Shown here in pieces: positions 32,071 through 46,233 of a stretch of 64,000 nucleotides of DNA (positions are counted from its first letter, which is position 1; each line of letters opens with the position of its first letter). This stretch comes from the human T2T-CHM13v2.0 reference genome, Homo sapiens. The notes below the pieces were generated by a model. That model did not search any database, was not told the DNA's origin, and saw only the letters and a program-made list of their open reading frames with translations. Where the stretch lies: assembly GCF_009914755.1 (NCBI RefSeq), contig NC_060933.1; one strand, 5' to 3'. The translations under genes and the position numbers were made by a program.

Positions 32071-34959
32071 CCAGCTTCTTCAACCTTCCCTCCTAGGACT
32101 TAGTCACTAGATTAGCCATAATCCTTGTTGCTTTCCCCACTGCCTCATATATCTGCAAGTTTTTCAATGTTCCATCTAAAACTGGATGCACAAACTCAGT
32201 CTTGATTCTGAAGCCAAATGAGGGCGGAAAAAACCCTAGGAAAAAATTTTAAAATTTTGTATGACTTGTGCTGCAAGTCCAGCTATTCCTCTTCCTGCTC
32301 TTCTTACTCGGAGGCTACCACTGGCTGGGTCAGGATCCCAGAATGTGGGATCCTAGAAGGTTAGTGGCTCTGCCAAACACGTATTAGAGTTTTCATGTCT
32401 TTATATGGGAATTAGTAATAACTTTGCCCATATGCTACATAACATATGCATTAAGCAAGGCTTAATAGCTATTAATAAAATATTGATGCATTTGTTTTTC
32501 TGGCCAAATATTTGAAAGTAGCTTGAACCATTTCCAGATGGTGACTTTATCTTTGTATCCTGTGATGTGAAAGTCATTGCTAAGCTATGTTCTTTAGTAT
32601 GCACTCTGCAGGTTATTTTCTTCACATGTATACACAATGATTTTGTTATTCAGTGGCTGTTACAGACAGTGATCCCAGAGGAACATTTCCATCTTGACAA
32701 CATTGAGGGAATTTATTTAATATATTTGAAGATTGTCCCCAAATCTTCCATTCTCAAGTTTTTACAAATTTCTAACATCACGCTCCCAAACTTGTATACT
32801 GCTGGATCATCCATTGCATTTTACGGTCCTTAGTGTTTCCAGTTATTTTTCTCATTATTCCATTTTTTATCTATCTTTATCATCATCAATAGTGAGTCTT
32901 ATTTCAGTGTAATAGTCCACTTGATTTTCCTCATCTACATTTCTTCTTTGGATTTTTAGAGTTCTTGTAGATGGTTCAACCATTTTCACATATCTTAAAA
33001 CTTCTAATCCTTCAAAAGGTAAATAAATGCAAAAAGTGAAGAAAAGTCTGTGAGTGAATAACAAAATACACAAAAGCATGTGCAATTCTTGTAGTTACTG
33101 TATTTTCATCATTTATAACATTTATAAGTAAACAGACATGGTAGTCACATGATCACTGGATATCTCCATATAAATTGGCAATATGACTGGTATGATCCAA
33201 GGAAATTTATGCCCAGGTGCACTTCGAGAAAATTTACCTAAGCAATTTAGATGATGGAAGGATGAATGAATGGAGAGAAAAGGAGAGAGAGACATACACA
33301 CACAGACTGACTTTCCTTTTACCCACTTCATGATTTAAAATGAGCTTTAAGATGAAAGCCTTCTTCTCTTTTATGGAGCATGGAGTGATAAGTGGGGACT
33401 TGGAAGAAGCCTCTCTGAAGTCTACTACCAGCTATACAGGCCAACTTTGCAATCTTAGGGAAGTAACTTATCTCGCTGGGTCAGTGTTCATATCTTCAAA
33501 AAGCAAAAAGTTTTATGAGGTTCCACTTCTTCTACTTCCAAAAGCATATAAGTCTATGATACTAAAAATCATTCTGCAAATATCAAATCTTGTGTGTGGT
33601 ATATACTTTTATTACAACTGAAGGAAAAGATATGTGGAAGAGTAGTGTTGTGGGAGAGAATGTGGAAGAGACTGCAGACAAGGAATAAAAACAACTACAA
33701 CTGATTATCAAAACCTGGTTTAGTCAGAGGTCAGATGAGCAAGGCCTATGAGCCGAGAAACCAGAAAATGGGATGCATCCACCAGGATAGAAGAATCACA
33801 ATGACAGGTAAGTAGAATCTCATTCTACTTATTTACATCTGAATAAGAAGAGTGGATGAAAATAGTCAACATTTGTTGGCAAAGAGTTAATACTCGTAAA
33901 GATTAGAAGAATATTCAGCACACTGTAACTGCTCAAAAAATATCAGCTATTACTATGACCATTGTACATTTTTACAATAGGTAGATTTCTAGAAATATCA
34001 TGAGATGCAAACATTACCACAAATGCTTTGGATTGTTGCTAAATTTTGGGAAAGTTGGAATGTCTACCAACCCACGGGAATTTGGAAATCTCTTTTACGT
34101 CGTCAGCCTTTCCTAAGATAGGCATGTCCACAAGTGGAAAGAAGAGGTGGGATGGTTCTAAGACACGTTTCTTGCTTATCTCCAAAGCTAAGGGGTTATG
34201 CCCTGTTTGTGGGGCAAGCCTACAGGAATGCTAACTGGCTGTGTCCTGGGTGACTCTTGAAGGGAACTGAAGTGAGGACATTCTGTGATGTTCTGGAAGG
34301 TCTAGGAGATCGAGAAGTAACATGCACCAGGGGCTTCCAACAACAATCCAAAGTGGGGATGGAGAGCTGAAAGTCCGCATGAGGTGAACGGGGGTTCTGA
34401 GCTCCAGGGGGCTGGGAAAGCTCACTATTCCTGCCCAGTTTACACTCATGCGAGGTGTATTCAGGAGTACTAACTGCCAATGAAATGAGTGCTCAAAAGG
34501 AATGTGCAAGAGAGCAAGAAGGGCCATGCCTGAGCCCCTGGAATGACTTTTCCCAGGTGCACCACATTTCAAGTGAACTGGATGGTCTATGAAAAGCAGG
34601 AGCTGAGGGGCCTCTGCATGAAAGTAATGTCCATCTTATTAGGTTAAGTCATATTTCCTAAGGAAGCCTGATACTTTTTTTTTTCATGCTAAGATGGATG
34701 ATTCAGTGAAGTGAATAATCCTCTTGTGCTGTGAGGATAGTTATCTGTTTTATCTGTTGATGTGAGTCTGCACCTTCATACATTGTGGGTTTTTGTTTTT
34801 AACAATGGGATATAGCTCTACCATAGTTACTGTGTAAAATGCATCCCCAAAATGTAATGTGCACCTAAATATAAGAATATTTGTAATGTTGTCACTAGCA
34901 GAAAGCTCAGTAACACAAAGGGCATTCTTAGTAGCTTCAGCTACTCAAGTAAGCCGACA

Positions 34960-35350
34960 AAATGTGTCTGTGTGTGTTCATAAGGGCAGACCATTACACA
35001 AAAGAACCTCACATCTCAATGGCTTAGTACAATTTCAGAAGTTTGTCTTTTGCTCATGTCTCAGTTCAAGATGAGGTTTTCCTCCAAATAATGACTCAGA
35101 AATCCAGATGGCTTCTTTCCTGTGGCTCCCCACGCTAAGATTCCGTGGCGGAGGAAATGAATACACAGAGGATCACGCACCCCATACCAACAACCTCAGG
35201 TGAGAAATGGCATGTGTTGCTGCTGTTTACATGTCTTTAAGGGGAATTAATCACATAACCCTACCCAGATGAAATATGCATTCTCTGGCGGAGCTGCCAC
35301 TTGTGGGGAAAACAGGAACATTTGGTGGTCAGATACTTACCTTTGTCACA
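34960..35350 (-). mobile_element. Old MLT1 (J/K-like) LTR
   Basis: ATCTCAATGGCTTAGTACAA...GTTTGTCTTTTGCTCATGTC...ACTCAGAAATCCAGATG. Confidence 0.5.
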
Positions 35351-36019
35351 GTTTTTCAGGAGTTAGGAATCTCTCATAGCACCTCTGCTCCATGATTGGT
35401 ATATGGAGATTTGACTATCACTCAAGCACCTGTAAAAATAGACAGATAATATGAAAAAACAGGTGTAACTAGAGGATCACTCTTCATATATATATAAACT
35501 TGAGGCTGATAATTGTTTTCATGATTGCCCCTATTTTCTTGGCTTTGAACTCCTACCCCATCTAGAGAAGATATTTTGCTCTATTCTAGTTCAGTGAACT
35601 TAATCAAGACTAGTAATTTTTTAATCTAGTTATTAAAATTTTAGTCACCAATCACATTTCCAAGCCTCTTAGTTTTTAGCCTCCCATCACAATCCCCCAA
35701 TTCAGCTTTCTTTTCTATGCATAATACTGTGTTGCCTCATGCTTTATCCCTCCACAGGGAGGGAGGGCAGAGACATAGCGGCACTGGCCACTTGCAGGCA
35801 ACAGTATATGGTGGAGACAGGAAGCTGATAAGCTGATTTGGGGTCACTCTGTGGCTGGCTTGGCCTATGGGTGATTGTTCCTGTTAGGTTTCTGACCCTG
35901 GGATTTCATAGCTGTCCTCATGTGGCAGCACATTAACAGGTCTTTTAATCCCCAGTCTTTAAAGAATGAAAGAGAAAGAAACTTGGATGTATGCACACAT
36001 CATGAGATAAATTAATATA

Positions 36020-36730
36020 TTTCTTCTATGAAGCAAGAACAGAATGCTATAAAAAAGAAACATTCAGGCATTTTTTAAAAAGCTTCTGAAATTAAACACC
36101 AGAGCAGCGGAGAAAAATATCGCTGGAAAACTTTGAAGGTAAAATTGAGAAAACCTCGCAGAACTTAAGTAAAAAGTCAAAGATACAAAATAAGAGCAAT
36201 GAATTAACAAAATTGGAGGACCAGTATTAAAGTTGCAAATATAAATGATTGGAAGTCTAGAAAGACAGAATAGAAGAAGTAGAGGGAGGAAATAGTCAAT
36301 GAAATAATTCGAGAAAATTACCAGGACCTGAACAACAAATTTTTTTAAGTTAAGAGGGTGCCCTTAGTGCCCAGCACGACGTATAAAAATAAATCAACAA
36401 TAAGGTACATCATTGTGAAATTATAAAACATCAACATCAACAGGATCTTTAGAGTCCCAGAGAAGAAAGAGGAGGTCCCTTACAAAGGATTTGTAATCAG
36501 AATTGTTCAGCTTATTCAAGAGCAACACTGGGAGCTCACAGATAATTGAAGAATATCTTCAAAATGCTGAAGAAATTTATTTTCTATCTTAAAATTCTAT
36601 ACCCAGTCAGGCAGTCTATTACGTGAGAAGATGGAACAAAAACATTTTCAGACATTCAAGGTCTCAGAAAATTTACCTCCCATAAACCTTTTTTTCAGGG
36701 CATTATTGAAGGATGTACCTCACCTAATGT
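36020..36730 (+). mobile_element. Ancient L1M/HAL1 ORF1-like remnant
   Basis: GAAATAATTCGAGAAAATT (EIIREN), ATCATTGTGAAATT, TTCAAAATGCTGA and AATTCTATACCCAG (ILYP) motifs of the ORF1 C-terminal region. Confidence 0.7.
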
Positions 36731-37083
36731 TAAGAGTAAGCCACTTGCTAAAGGAATTCGAGGACCCAGGCAATAAAAGATCCACTGCACACACCCATGC
36801 ACACGCACACAGACAGACACACAGAATCTCTAGCATGATGGTTAAGGAAGATCTCAGAATGACTGACAAGCACCAAGGACGAAAGGAAGCAAGGACCTAT
36901 GGAACAGGTTCAAAAAATTGTGGCCAAGGACGGTACAGGACTTCATACCCATAGCAGCCCTTCCCTATGTGAAAGGCATGGGGAAGCCAACAGAACCAGC
37001 ACTTTTATTAATGACATCCAGAGCAATGATGTTATATGGCAGAAATACAATGATGAGACAATAAAGTCTATGCATCCATATTA

Positions 37084-37128
37084 TGTGTGTGTGTGTGTGC
37101 ACGTGTGTGTGTGTGTGTGTGTGTGTGT
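37084..37128. repeat. Interrupted (TG)n microsatellite
   Basis: Directly visible. Confidence 0.95.
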
Positions 37129-37295
37129 AGTGAGAGACAGAGAGTCTGGAATGATATACAAGAAAAAAAGCAAAAAGTGACATTTGTTTCGTTTGGAGAA
37201 AGGAATTTGATTCTGACAGAAAAGAGATGTGAGGAGGACCTAATTTTCATTATATGCAATTTTGTTTATGTCTAAGATTTGCTATGTGTACATAT

Positions 37296-38931
37296 TGAGA
37301 GGTGACAGCATGCTGGCAGCCCTTGCAGCCCTCGCTTGCTCTCGGTGCCTCCTCAGCCTAGGCGACCACTCTCGCCAAGCTTGAGGAGCCCTTCAGCCCG
37401 CCGCTGCACCGTGGGAGCCCTTCTCTGGGCTGGCCGAGGCCAGAGCCGGCTCCCTCAGCCTGCGGGGAGGTGTGCAGGGAGAGGCACGAGCGGGAACTGG
37501 GGCTGCGCAGGGCGCTTGCCGGCCAGCTAGAGTTCCGGGTGGGCATGGGCTTGGCGCCCCACACTCGGAGCGGCTGGCCAGCCCCACCAGCCCGGGGCAG
37601 TGAGGGGCTTAGCACCCGGGCCAGCAGCTGCGGAGGGTGCGCCAGGTCCCCCAGCAGTGCCGGCCCGCCAGCACTGCACTCGATTTCTTCCTGGGCCTTA
37701 GCTGCCTCCCCACGGGGCAGGGCTCGGGACCTGCAGCCCGCCATGCCTGAGCCTCTCCTCCACCCACCCGTGGGCTCCTGCATGGCCTTAGCCTCCGTGA
37801 CAAGCACCACCCCCTGCTCCATGGCACCTGGTCCCAACGACCTCCCAAGGGCTGAGGAGTGCTGGCGCATGCCGCGCCACTGGCAGAGTTCTACTTGCAG
37901 CCGGCGGGGGATCCACTGGGTGAAGCCAGCTGGGGTCCTGAGTCTAGTGGGGACTTGGAGAACCTTTATGTCTAGCTAAGGGATTGAAAATACACCAATC
38001 AGCACTCTGTATCTAGCGCAAGGTTTGTAAACACACCAATCAGCACCCTGTGTCTAGCTCAGGGTTTGTGGATGCACCAATCGGGGCTCTGTATCTAGCT
38101 AATCTGGTGGGGACTTGGAGAATCTTTATGTCTAGCTAAGAGATTGTGAATACACCAATTGGTACTCTGTATCTAGCTCACGGTTTGTAAATGCACCAAG
38201 CAGCACTCTGTGTCCAGCTCAGGGTTTTTAAATACACCAATCAGCACTCTGTATCCAGCTAATCTAGTGAAGACGTGCAGAACTTTTGTGTCTAGCTCAG
38301 GGATTGTAAATGCACCAATCAGCACCCTGTCAAAACAGACCAATCAGCTCTCTGTAAAACAGACCAATCGGCTCTCTGTAAAATGGACCAATCAGCAGGA
38401 TGTGGGGGATGTGGGGGTGGGGGGGGGTGGGGGGGGTGGGGGGGTGGGGGGGGGTCGGGGGGTGGGGGGGTGGGGGGGTGTGGGGGCGGCCAGATAAGAC
38501 AATAAAAGCAGGCTGCAGGAGCCAGCAGCGGCAAACCGCTCGGCTTCCCGGCTGTGTTCTTTGGCTGTTTGCTGTAAATCTTGCTACTGCTCACTCTTGG
38601 GGTCGACACTTCCTTTATGAGCTGTAACACTCACCGTGAATGTCTGCAGCTTCACTCTTGAAGCCATGGAGACCACGAACCCACCGGAAGGAAGGAACAA
38701 CTCCAGACGCGCCGCCTTAAGAGCTGTAACACTCACCGCGAAAGTCTGCAGCTTCACTCCTGAGCCAAGGAGACCACGAACCCACCAGAGGAAAGAAACT
38801 CTGAACACATCCGACCATCAGAAGGAACAAATTCCGGAGTGCTGCCTTTAAGAACTGTAACACTCAGCGCGAGCGTCCGCAGCTTCATTCTTCAAGTCAG
38901 TGAGACCAAGAACCCACCAATTCCGGACACA
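37296..38931 (+). mobile_element. Solo LTR12 (LTR12C-like, ERV9)
   Basis: Starts TGAGAGGTGACAGC and ends CCAATTCCGGACACA, with 4 bp TSD ATAT. It has a GC-rich U3, CCAAT tandem repeats, and three U5 repeats of CTGTAACACTCA..GCAGCTTCA. Confidence 0.96.
37990..38510 (+). promoter_or_regulatory. LTR12 enhancer/promoter: 9 CCAAT (NF-Y) boxes, expanded G-tract, GATA site and TATA-like AATAAAA
   Basis: ACCAAT occurs 9 times, plus one copy mutated to CCAAG. AGATAA at ~38492 and AATAAAA at ~38501 sit at the known ERV9 core promoter position. Confidence 0.75.
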
Positions 38932-38934
38932 ATA

Positions 38935-39420
38935 TTACCTATTCATAAAAGTTATAGCATAAAATGCATTCACTTAAAATTACAAATATACACACTTTTG
39001 ATCTAACAATTTAACCTCTGACAGTTACACCTTAGCTATCTGACAGGTACACCTTTGCATGTGCAAAATGATGTATGCAAAATGATATTCATTACAGCAT
39101 TGACTGAGAGAGCAAAAGACTAGAAATGATCTAAATATCTATCAAATAAGTCTGGTGAAATAAGCTATGTACCCCTGCACAATGGAATATGTTGTAGCCA
39201 TATAAGAAATAATGAAGAATTTCATTAAGTAGTGATAAGGAATGATCTCTGAGATATATGGCTAAGCAGAAAAGAGATGGTAGTAAAAACGGATGTATGG
39301 TACAGTATGCCAAAATGTTTGCATAAGAAAGGGGAATACTGGATATATTTGGACTTTATATACGTGCATACAATGGCTCTGGGGAGAAAAAACAAACACA
39401 CAAAAAAACATTGGTTGCTT
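38935..39420 (+). mobile_element. Old L1M 3' fragment
   Basis: ATATTCATTACAGCATTG...AAAAGACTAGAAA...CTAAATATCTATCAA...ACAATGGAATAT. Confidence 0.7.
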
Positions 39421-39469
39421 ATGGTTTCTGCTTTTTCTTCATAGCATTGTCATTATGTTAAATTATTTC

Positions 39470-39630
39470 ACACACTTGATTTGTTTGCATGCTTGTTTTC
39501 TGTTTCCTCCATTAGAATGTAGGCACCAAGGGGGCAAAGTCTAATCTGATACGTTTACATAGGTATCCCCCTACACCTTGGACAAGTGTGTGGCACATAA
39601 TAGATGCTCAATAAATGGTTGTTGAATATT
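39470..39630 (+). mobile_element. L2 3' end
   Basis: CCATTAGAATGTAGG...TGGCACATAATAGATGCTCAATAAATGGTTGTTGAAT. Confidence 0.8.
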
Positions 39631-40639
39631 GTTTGACAGAAAAAAATAAGCCTTTTCTCTGACCATGATGTGGCCTTTTAGGGGATGACAGCATTGTGAT
39701 CACAAACCTTCAAAGGATCTTCTGTCTTCAAGGCAAAATGTTTTTAAAAAGCCAAAAAGTAGTCATAAGAAACTGCTAACAGAATAACGAGGAATGTAAA
39801 ATGTCAGCCTTCACCTATTAATAATTGTTACAGCATATTACGTCTCTGACTGAATCTTCTACAAACAAGCAATTAAGGTAATCTTCATCACAGGAGGTAG
39901 TTTGAAGAAGTCAAAGCCACAACGTATTTCAAACAGCTGGGGAACAGCAGAAATACTGGAGGAAAAAGCCAACATCCTGTGAGCTGGTGTTATTGTAGAA
40001 TTTAAAAATAACTGTCGAGATGGAACACAATCATTTATGAGGCACCAAATTAGATTCTTGGGTCGCTACAGTTGTTCAGAGGACAGAACGGAGATTTCTA
40101 GATGTTACCTTGGCAATGAAGTAAAGCAATTGCTTGTGGACGTTGTTAGCTTGTGAAGGTGGTCAAGATTCAAATTCGCAGGTCATCATAGAGGGGAAAA
40201 TAAAACTTCCAAAGTGTTTCTAATTTGTCCTATTCTTGAATATATATTTAAAATTAGGAGATGTGTATTTTCACTAAGTTCTTCAATACGGGACTTCAAA
40301 CCTGTCCTACTCTTCAAGCTCTTTTGAGTGTAAGGCTAATGCACACATATCCATACCCACTCAGGCACTAAGAAGACTACTCCTTGCCTCTGGCTTAGCC
40401 CTGATTCTGGCTGTGCCACTTTTATTCCCTTATTTGGTGTTGTGTGATGTTTCACTGGGCAGGTTTAATGGCCTTCACAAAGTATCCATCTGATCTATCC
40501 ACTCAGTGATTTTTATCATTGTAAGTAAACTTTGCCCATTCTACCTACCTCGAGAAAAGATACATTGACTTGAAACTAACATGGTTTTGTGATTTCTAGC
40601 AGGCACCAGGCCCCATTTCACCAATTTTTTATTAGCCCA

Positions 40640-41074
40640 AGTGTAGCAGATCCTGTCAGTGTCTGGCCCATTTCCCCTGGCCATACCCTCCACAATTTTA
40701 AAGTTTAAAGCAAACACCTGCAAAAGACTCAAGCGTCTTTTGCTCTGACTGAGAGCCCACTCAGCCTGGAACATCACAGGACAGAACTGCACAGAGTTAG
40801 TGCCCCAGGAAGCAGCCCCTAACATGACTGATGGATGGATACCCTGCTTCCTCACCCCTGGTTGAGATAACCCTGAGGTGCGTTCCACTGATTTCCTAAG
40901 CTCCCCAGTGGCTCACAGGAGTAACTGGCTCCGTAACTCAGCCTTACTTGGTTACCGTCCTTTATAGGTGCTCTGACTCCCCTTCTGGAGTTTCCTGGGA
41001 TTAACTTTCAAATAATCTCCTTCAACTGAGTCCTTGTCTTGGTATCTGCTTTTGAGAGAACCTGTGCTAAGATA
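40640..41074 (+). mobile_element. LTR16-like ERVL LTR
   Basis: 3' end TTTCCTGGGATTAAC.TTCAAATAA...TCCTTGTCTTGG.ATCTGCTTTTG.GAGAACC...CTAAGA. Confidence 0.6.
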
Positions 41075-42129
41075 AAACACTAGAAAATTAACAAAATATA
41101 CCAATATTTCCAAATAAATAAAGCAATTTGTTCAGATCATGTTTTCTGATATTATACTTGTGTAAGAATGGTCTTTGAATAGCACCCTTCTGAAATTCAG
41201 TAATACTGTTTTCTTAAAGAAGAATGTTCCCCCTTCTTAATGGGGCTTCAAACAATACTAAATATTGTAGTTTGTCTAGAAGGGAATATTGAAATGTTTG
41301 AAAGACAACAGGAACACAAGCACAAGTGACTTGCTGGGTAAGCTAGAATAAGACTGGAAGCTGAGGGTCTCCATTTAAACACAGAACACCTGTTCACATC
41401 TTCAGAGAATGCCCAGAACACTTGGCCCGTGTAATTAAATAAAAGCTGTGATCCTTGCCGCAGTAGATGTTATTGCCTAGGAGATAGAAATATAATACTC
41501 AAATACTCATACTGCAATTGATTTAAAATGGCTATGTACTCCCCATAGCAATAGCTAAAATAATAGTCAAGATTGTATATTTTAGTCACTTTATTATATT
41601 ACTTTACAATAAGATATGGAGAGTTTGTAAAACTATGTCCTGATTTGTAATCATTATATACTTAATTTCAAACTATATTCAGATGGTGGCAATGATGACA
41701 AGAAAAGTAACATTAGTACTAACATTCGTTATAGCATCTCATAATTCAACAAGTACCTTCTCTAGCAAGCAACCTCTGTGTGTAATCAATATGTTACACA
41801 AATTTAACATCTGTCCCCTGAAATTTATTCATTGTCACCTGGCAGCCTGTGCTCACAACCCAATCAGAATACAATGCCATGGCAATGCCAATGGTTAGCC
41901 TCATGGGATAACTTATTGCAACTTTACTAGAAATGATTTATCAAATCTATGAGTGATAAATTGGATGAGAGAGCAAATACATGGAAAGAGGGAAAGAGCT
42001 TTCTTAGCTATTACAATTGTCTTATTTTGGTCATTACTAACTGAACAATTGGCATTGATAATGTGTAACAAAGCAAACTTAATTTAAATGTTTTTTTCAC
42101 CACTTCTAAACTTACTCCATTTACCCACT

Positions 42130-42439
<310 letters not shown>

Positions 42440-43601
42440 TGACCCATTCTTTACTGACACTGTATGACATGTTGGACCTGTCCTATAGCATTTCAGGGGT
42501 CACTCTTAGAAAAGAATCAAGTAATTCCTTCACTACAGCATTAAAATGTCCAAGGCACTCTAATGATCTCACAACTCCCAGTTCACTCCAGGTTGATCAT
42601 CAAAACTTTGAACTTACCCAGTCAAAGCTTCTGCCTTCCCTGACCTGGTGCAGCTATATCCAGACTCAAAGGTCAATAATGAGAGCAGTGGAGTAGGTTG
42701 GCTTCATGACCATTTCCTATCTCCACTCCCACTCACTAGCTGTGGTGCTGGAGTTTCTCTGCTCTCCGGGAATGGAGCAGGTAGAATGAGAAGGGAGATG
42801 AGATGCGAAGAGTTCTGTCCTGACTGGCACTTGGTCACTTGCCACTGGTACTCTCTGAGAATGATGGATGTCCACAATGAATTCTCTTTTGTGGGGTGCC
42901 TTTGTGGGTTCCTCAGGGATCCTCTGCTGGGGGATTCTACCTACAGGTCCCTCAACCGGAAAATGCCTTTTCCACAGCTGATCACTTACGACTCCTCCCC
43001 TACTGTTGGGGCATTCTGGCATCAGTCCCTCAGCCCACTCTCCAGAATTTTTCTTGCACAAAGTACTTTTTAAGACAACCCAGGCCAGTTTCATTTTGCA
43101 GGGTCCACACCTGGGCAGTGGAAAACATGGACCTTTGCCCTGGCTCAGTGAATCTGTGGCTCTCTCTAGACCTGGCTTTGCTACCTCTGATTCATCTGCA
43201 CATGCCCTCCTGCCTTAGACTTTTCCTGACAAAACTCCAACACCAGTCCCTATGCTTCCCAAACTCCATGGAACACAAGACAACTCTCTAAACTGTCACC
43301 TTAACGCTCTTCTCACATAGTTGGAAATGAGAGAGAGAAATGCTCCTCTCCCCTTGGGGACAGTAGGTAAATGCGAGAGAACTTCAACACCGTGCCCCTC
43401 CTTGGCTCTTCCAGAACCTCATGCTGGGTGAAAGGCTAGTTCTGGCCACACTTTTATAACCTTCTGATATAGTCAGCAATCTGCATGTGCACTCTAATCC
43501 TTCTGTCTAGGATGTTTGGGCCTTTGATGCCTCCTCTATTGTACATAGCTTTTGTAGACTCAGCCAAAACTGAGGGAGGAAAGGTCTCCATTTAAATATT
43601 A

Positions 43602-43988
<387 letters not shown>

Positions 43989-44020
43989 TTACTAGAAACC
44001 TTTGAAAGAAGGATGCTGTA

Positions 44021-44393
44021 GAGTTGTCCCTCAGTATCCATGGGGGAATGGTTCCTGGACTTCCACCCACCCCTGGAGGATACCAATATTTTCAGATTCA
44101 GGCATAAGGAACAGATGCTAGGGTCCCTGATATAAAATGGAGTAGTATTTGCATATAACCTATGCACATCCTCCCACCTACTTTAAATCATGTCTGGATT
44201 ACTTATGATACCTACTATAATGTAAATGCTATCTAGATAGTTGTTATACTGTATTGTTTAGGGACTAATTATAAGAACAAATGTCTGTACATGTTCAGTA
44301 CAGATGCAACCATCTCCTTTGTTGAAAAATATTTTCAATTTTCAGTTGGTCGAGTCCACAGATGGGGAACTCACAAATATAGAAGGCTCACTG
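44021..44393. mobile_element. MER2 (TcMar-Tigger)
   Basis: GTCCCTCAGTATCCATGGGG...ATAAAATGG.GTAGTATTTGCATATAACCTATGCACATCCTCC...ACTG|TA. Confidence 0.9.
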
Positions 44394-44899
44394 TATTTGC
44401 TTGAAAAAAATTCCATGAGAGAGAAATTGAGCTTCCCACTGCCACCAATGGACTGATTGTGGGTAGAATCTCTCTGTGTGGAAAAGAGGAATAATTGATT
44501 TTAATTGTGCTAGAAACAGAGAAAGATGCAATAAAGTCGATGAAATGGGGAAGACCATGTATACCCTCCTCATTGTTAACCAAAAATATTCATTGTTCCC
44601 ACAGTGGTAAAATGCACCATGTGAGTGGATTCCTTGTAGAAACCAAGGAAGAATTTGATTTATTTTTCTGTAAGGCCCAGGAAAAGTGTGGTAAGAACAC
44701 GGGAGTGGAAGAAAAGCAGTCCTAAGAAAGCAGAGCACTCACAGGGAGTTATCAGGACCGTCAGCGGCCATGGAATTAGAGCTCTACCAAAGTTAACCAG
44801 AATGCAGGTGGTGGAGTGTCCACCCATCCACCTTTGTATAGTGAGAAAATTAAGGTAGCATGTTTGTTCCTGTACACCAACCTTCTACATTCTCAGTGG

Positions 44900-45100
44900 T
44901 AGGAATTCATGGTCAATACCTTCTCAATCTCTGGTTCTGCCATTTAAGTTGATCTTGTAAAGTTTCTTGACATTCCTGAACTCCAGTTTATCATCTATAC
45001 AATGATGTTACTAAATAGTTCACAAAATTATGTTGAGACAGTTAACACTTGTGAAAGTACCTGGGCTATGGTTGGGTCCTTCACACGTGCTAGGTACTTT
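44900..45100 (+). mobile_element. MIR fragment; another lies at ~45560-45680
   Basis: ATCTCTGGTTCTGCCATTT...CAGTTTATCATCTATACAATG; TTTATCTCATCTGCAAAATGAG. Confidence 0.6.
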
Positions 45101-46233
45101 TCCTCCTTCCTTGTGGTCCTGACTTCCTTCCTTCCTTCCTTCCTTCCTCCCCACCACAAGTAAAAAAATTAGGTGCTTGAATTGAAAAGAAAGTCAATTA
45201 GACTCAATAATATATGGCTTCCCAAAATGGTAATGCAAACTTAGATTATTTTTATAGAGGCAGAAAGTCAGGAATAATGGAGATGATGACCCCACTAATA
45301 CATTGAACAAAAATGAGCTCTGAGTACAACATTTATAAATGTGTACAAACAATTTCAAGTGTGTAGAGACAAGGGTAAATGAGGATGCTTAAGGGCTTTG
45401 AAAGCATTTTATTTGAGGCGCTATTTTAAAAACTAGGAATGTTACTCATGAAGAAGAGAAAACTCTGTGGAGATACAAGAGTACTATTTGCTGTCTGAAT
45501 ATGGGAGAAGAATTAGGCTTCTTCAGCAAAGCTGATGTTGTACCTCAAAGAGCACTAAATGTAGGTCAAGAAAATTCCAGCTGGACTCTTCCTTTGGCCA
45601 GCTGGGGGATCTTAAGCAAGTCATTTTACTTTTATGCATCTAATTTATCTCATCTGCAAAATGAGGAGGTAAACAACATCAGTGTTTTTTAAGCTTCTAA
45701 AATTACTCATAGCAAAAAATAAAGTTGGCCTTGAAACCCAACACACACACACACACACACACACAATTTTGTTTTCTATATATATAAACAAAATTTTACA
45801 AAGCAAAATGCTTCCTTGCTACAAGTTATGCATTCTAATACTCTTTTTTAACTCGTTTTGGTAAAATGTGGGTTGTACCCTACTAAATGGATTTTTATGT
45901 TCCACTAATGGTTCTGCAATTTGGAAAACATCAGAAGATGACATCTAGAAAGTCCTTTTCAGTTCTGACTTTTGACAATCCTTGGGACAATAACTGATGG
46001 TCAACAGTTTCTAGGAAACCTATTTCACCTCAATGTAGAGAAGATTAGGGATGGTCAGAAATGGCCAAAGAAATAATGAGCTTCATATCAGGTGGTGTGC
46101 TACCACTTTTACAGGCATGCAAGTTGTGGGATGAGGCTTGGCTTTTGAGATGGCTCAGAGATAGGAAATAGGCTCCATCTAGGCCAGGCTGCAGCTCCAT
46201 GCTCCTTTCCTCTTTCTGGTCTCACTTACCCTC

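Noticed and set aside
37336-38851. Overlapping ORFs up to 170 aa, including Gly- and Pro-rich ones
   Set aside because: They lie inside GC-rich LTR12 and its G-tract, where stop codons are depleted. No known domain is present.
42460-43560. Cluster of 120-140 aa ORFs, possibly an ancient LTR
   Set aside because: I could not assign a protein or a repeat family with confidence.
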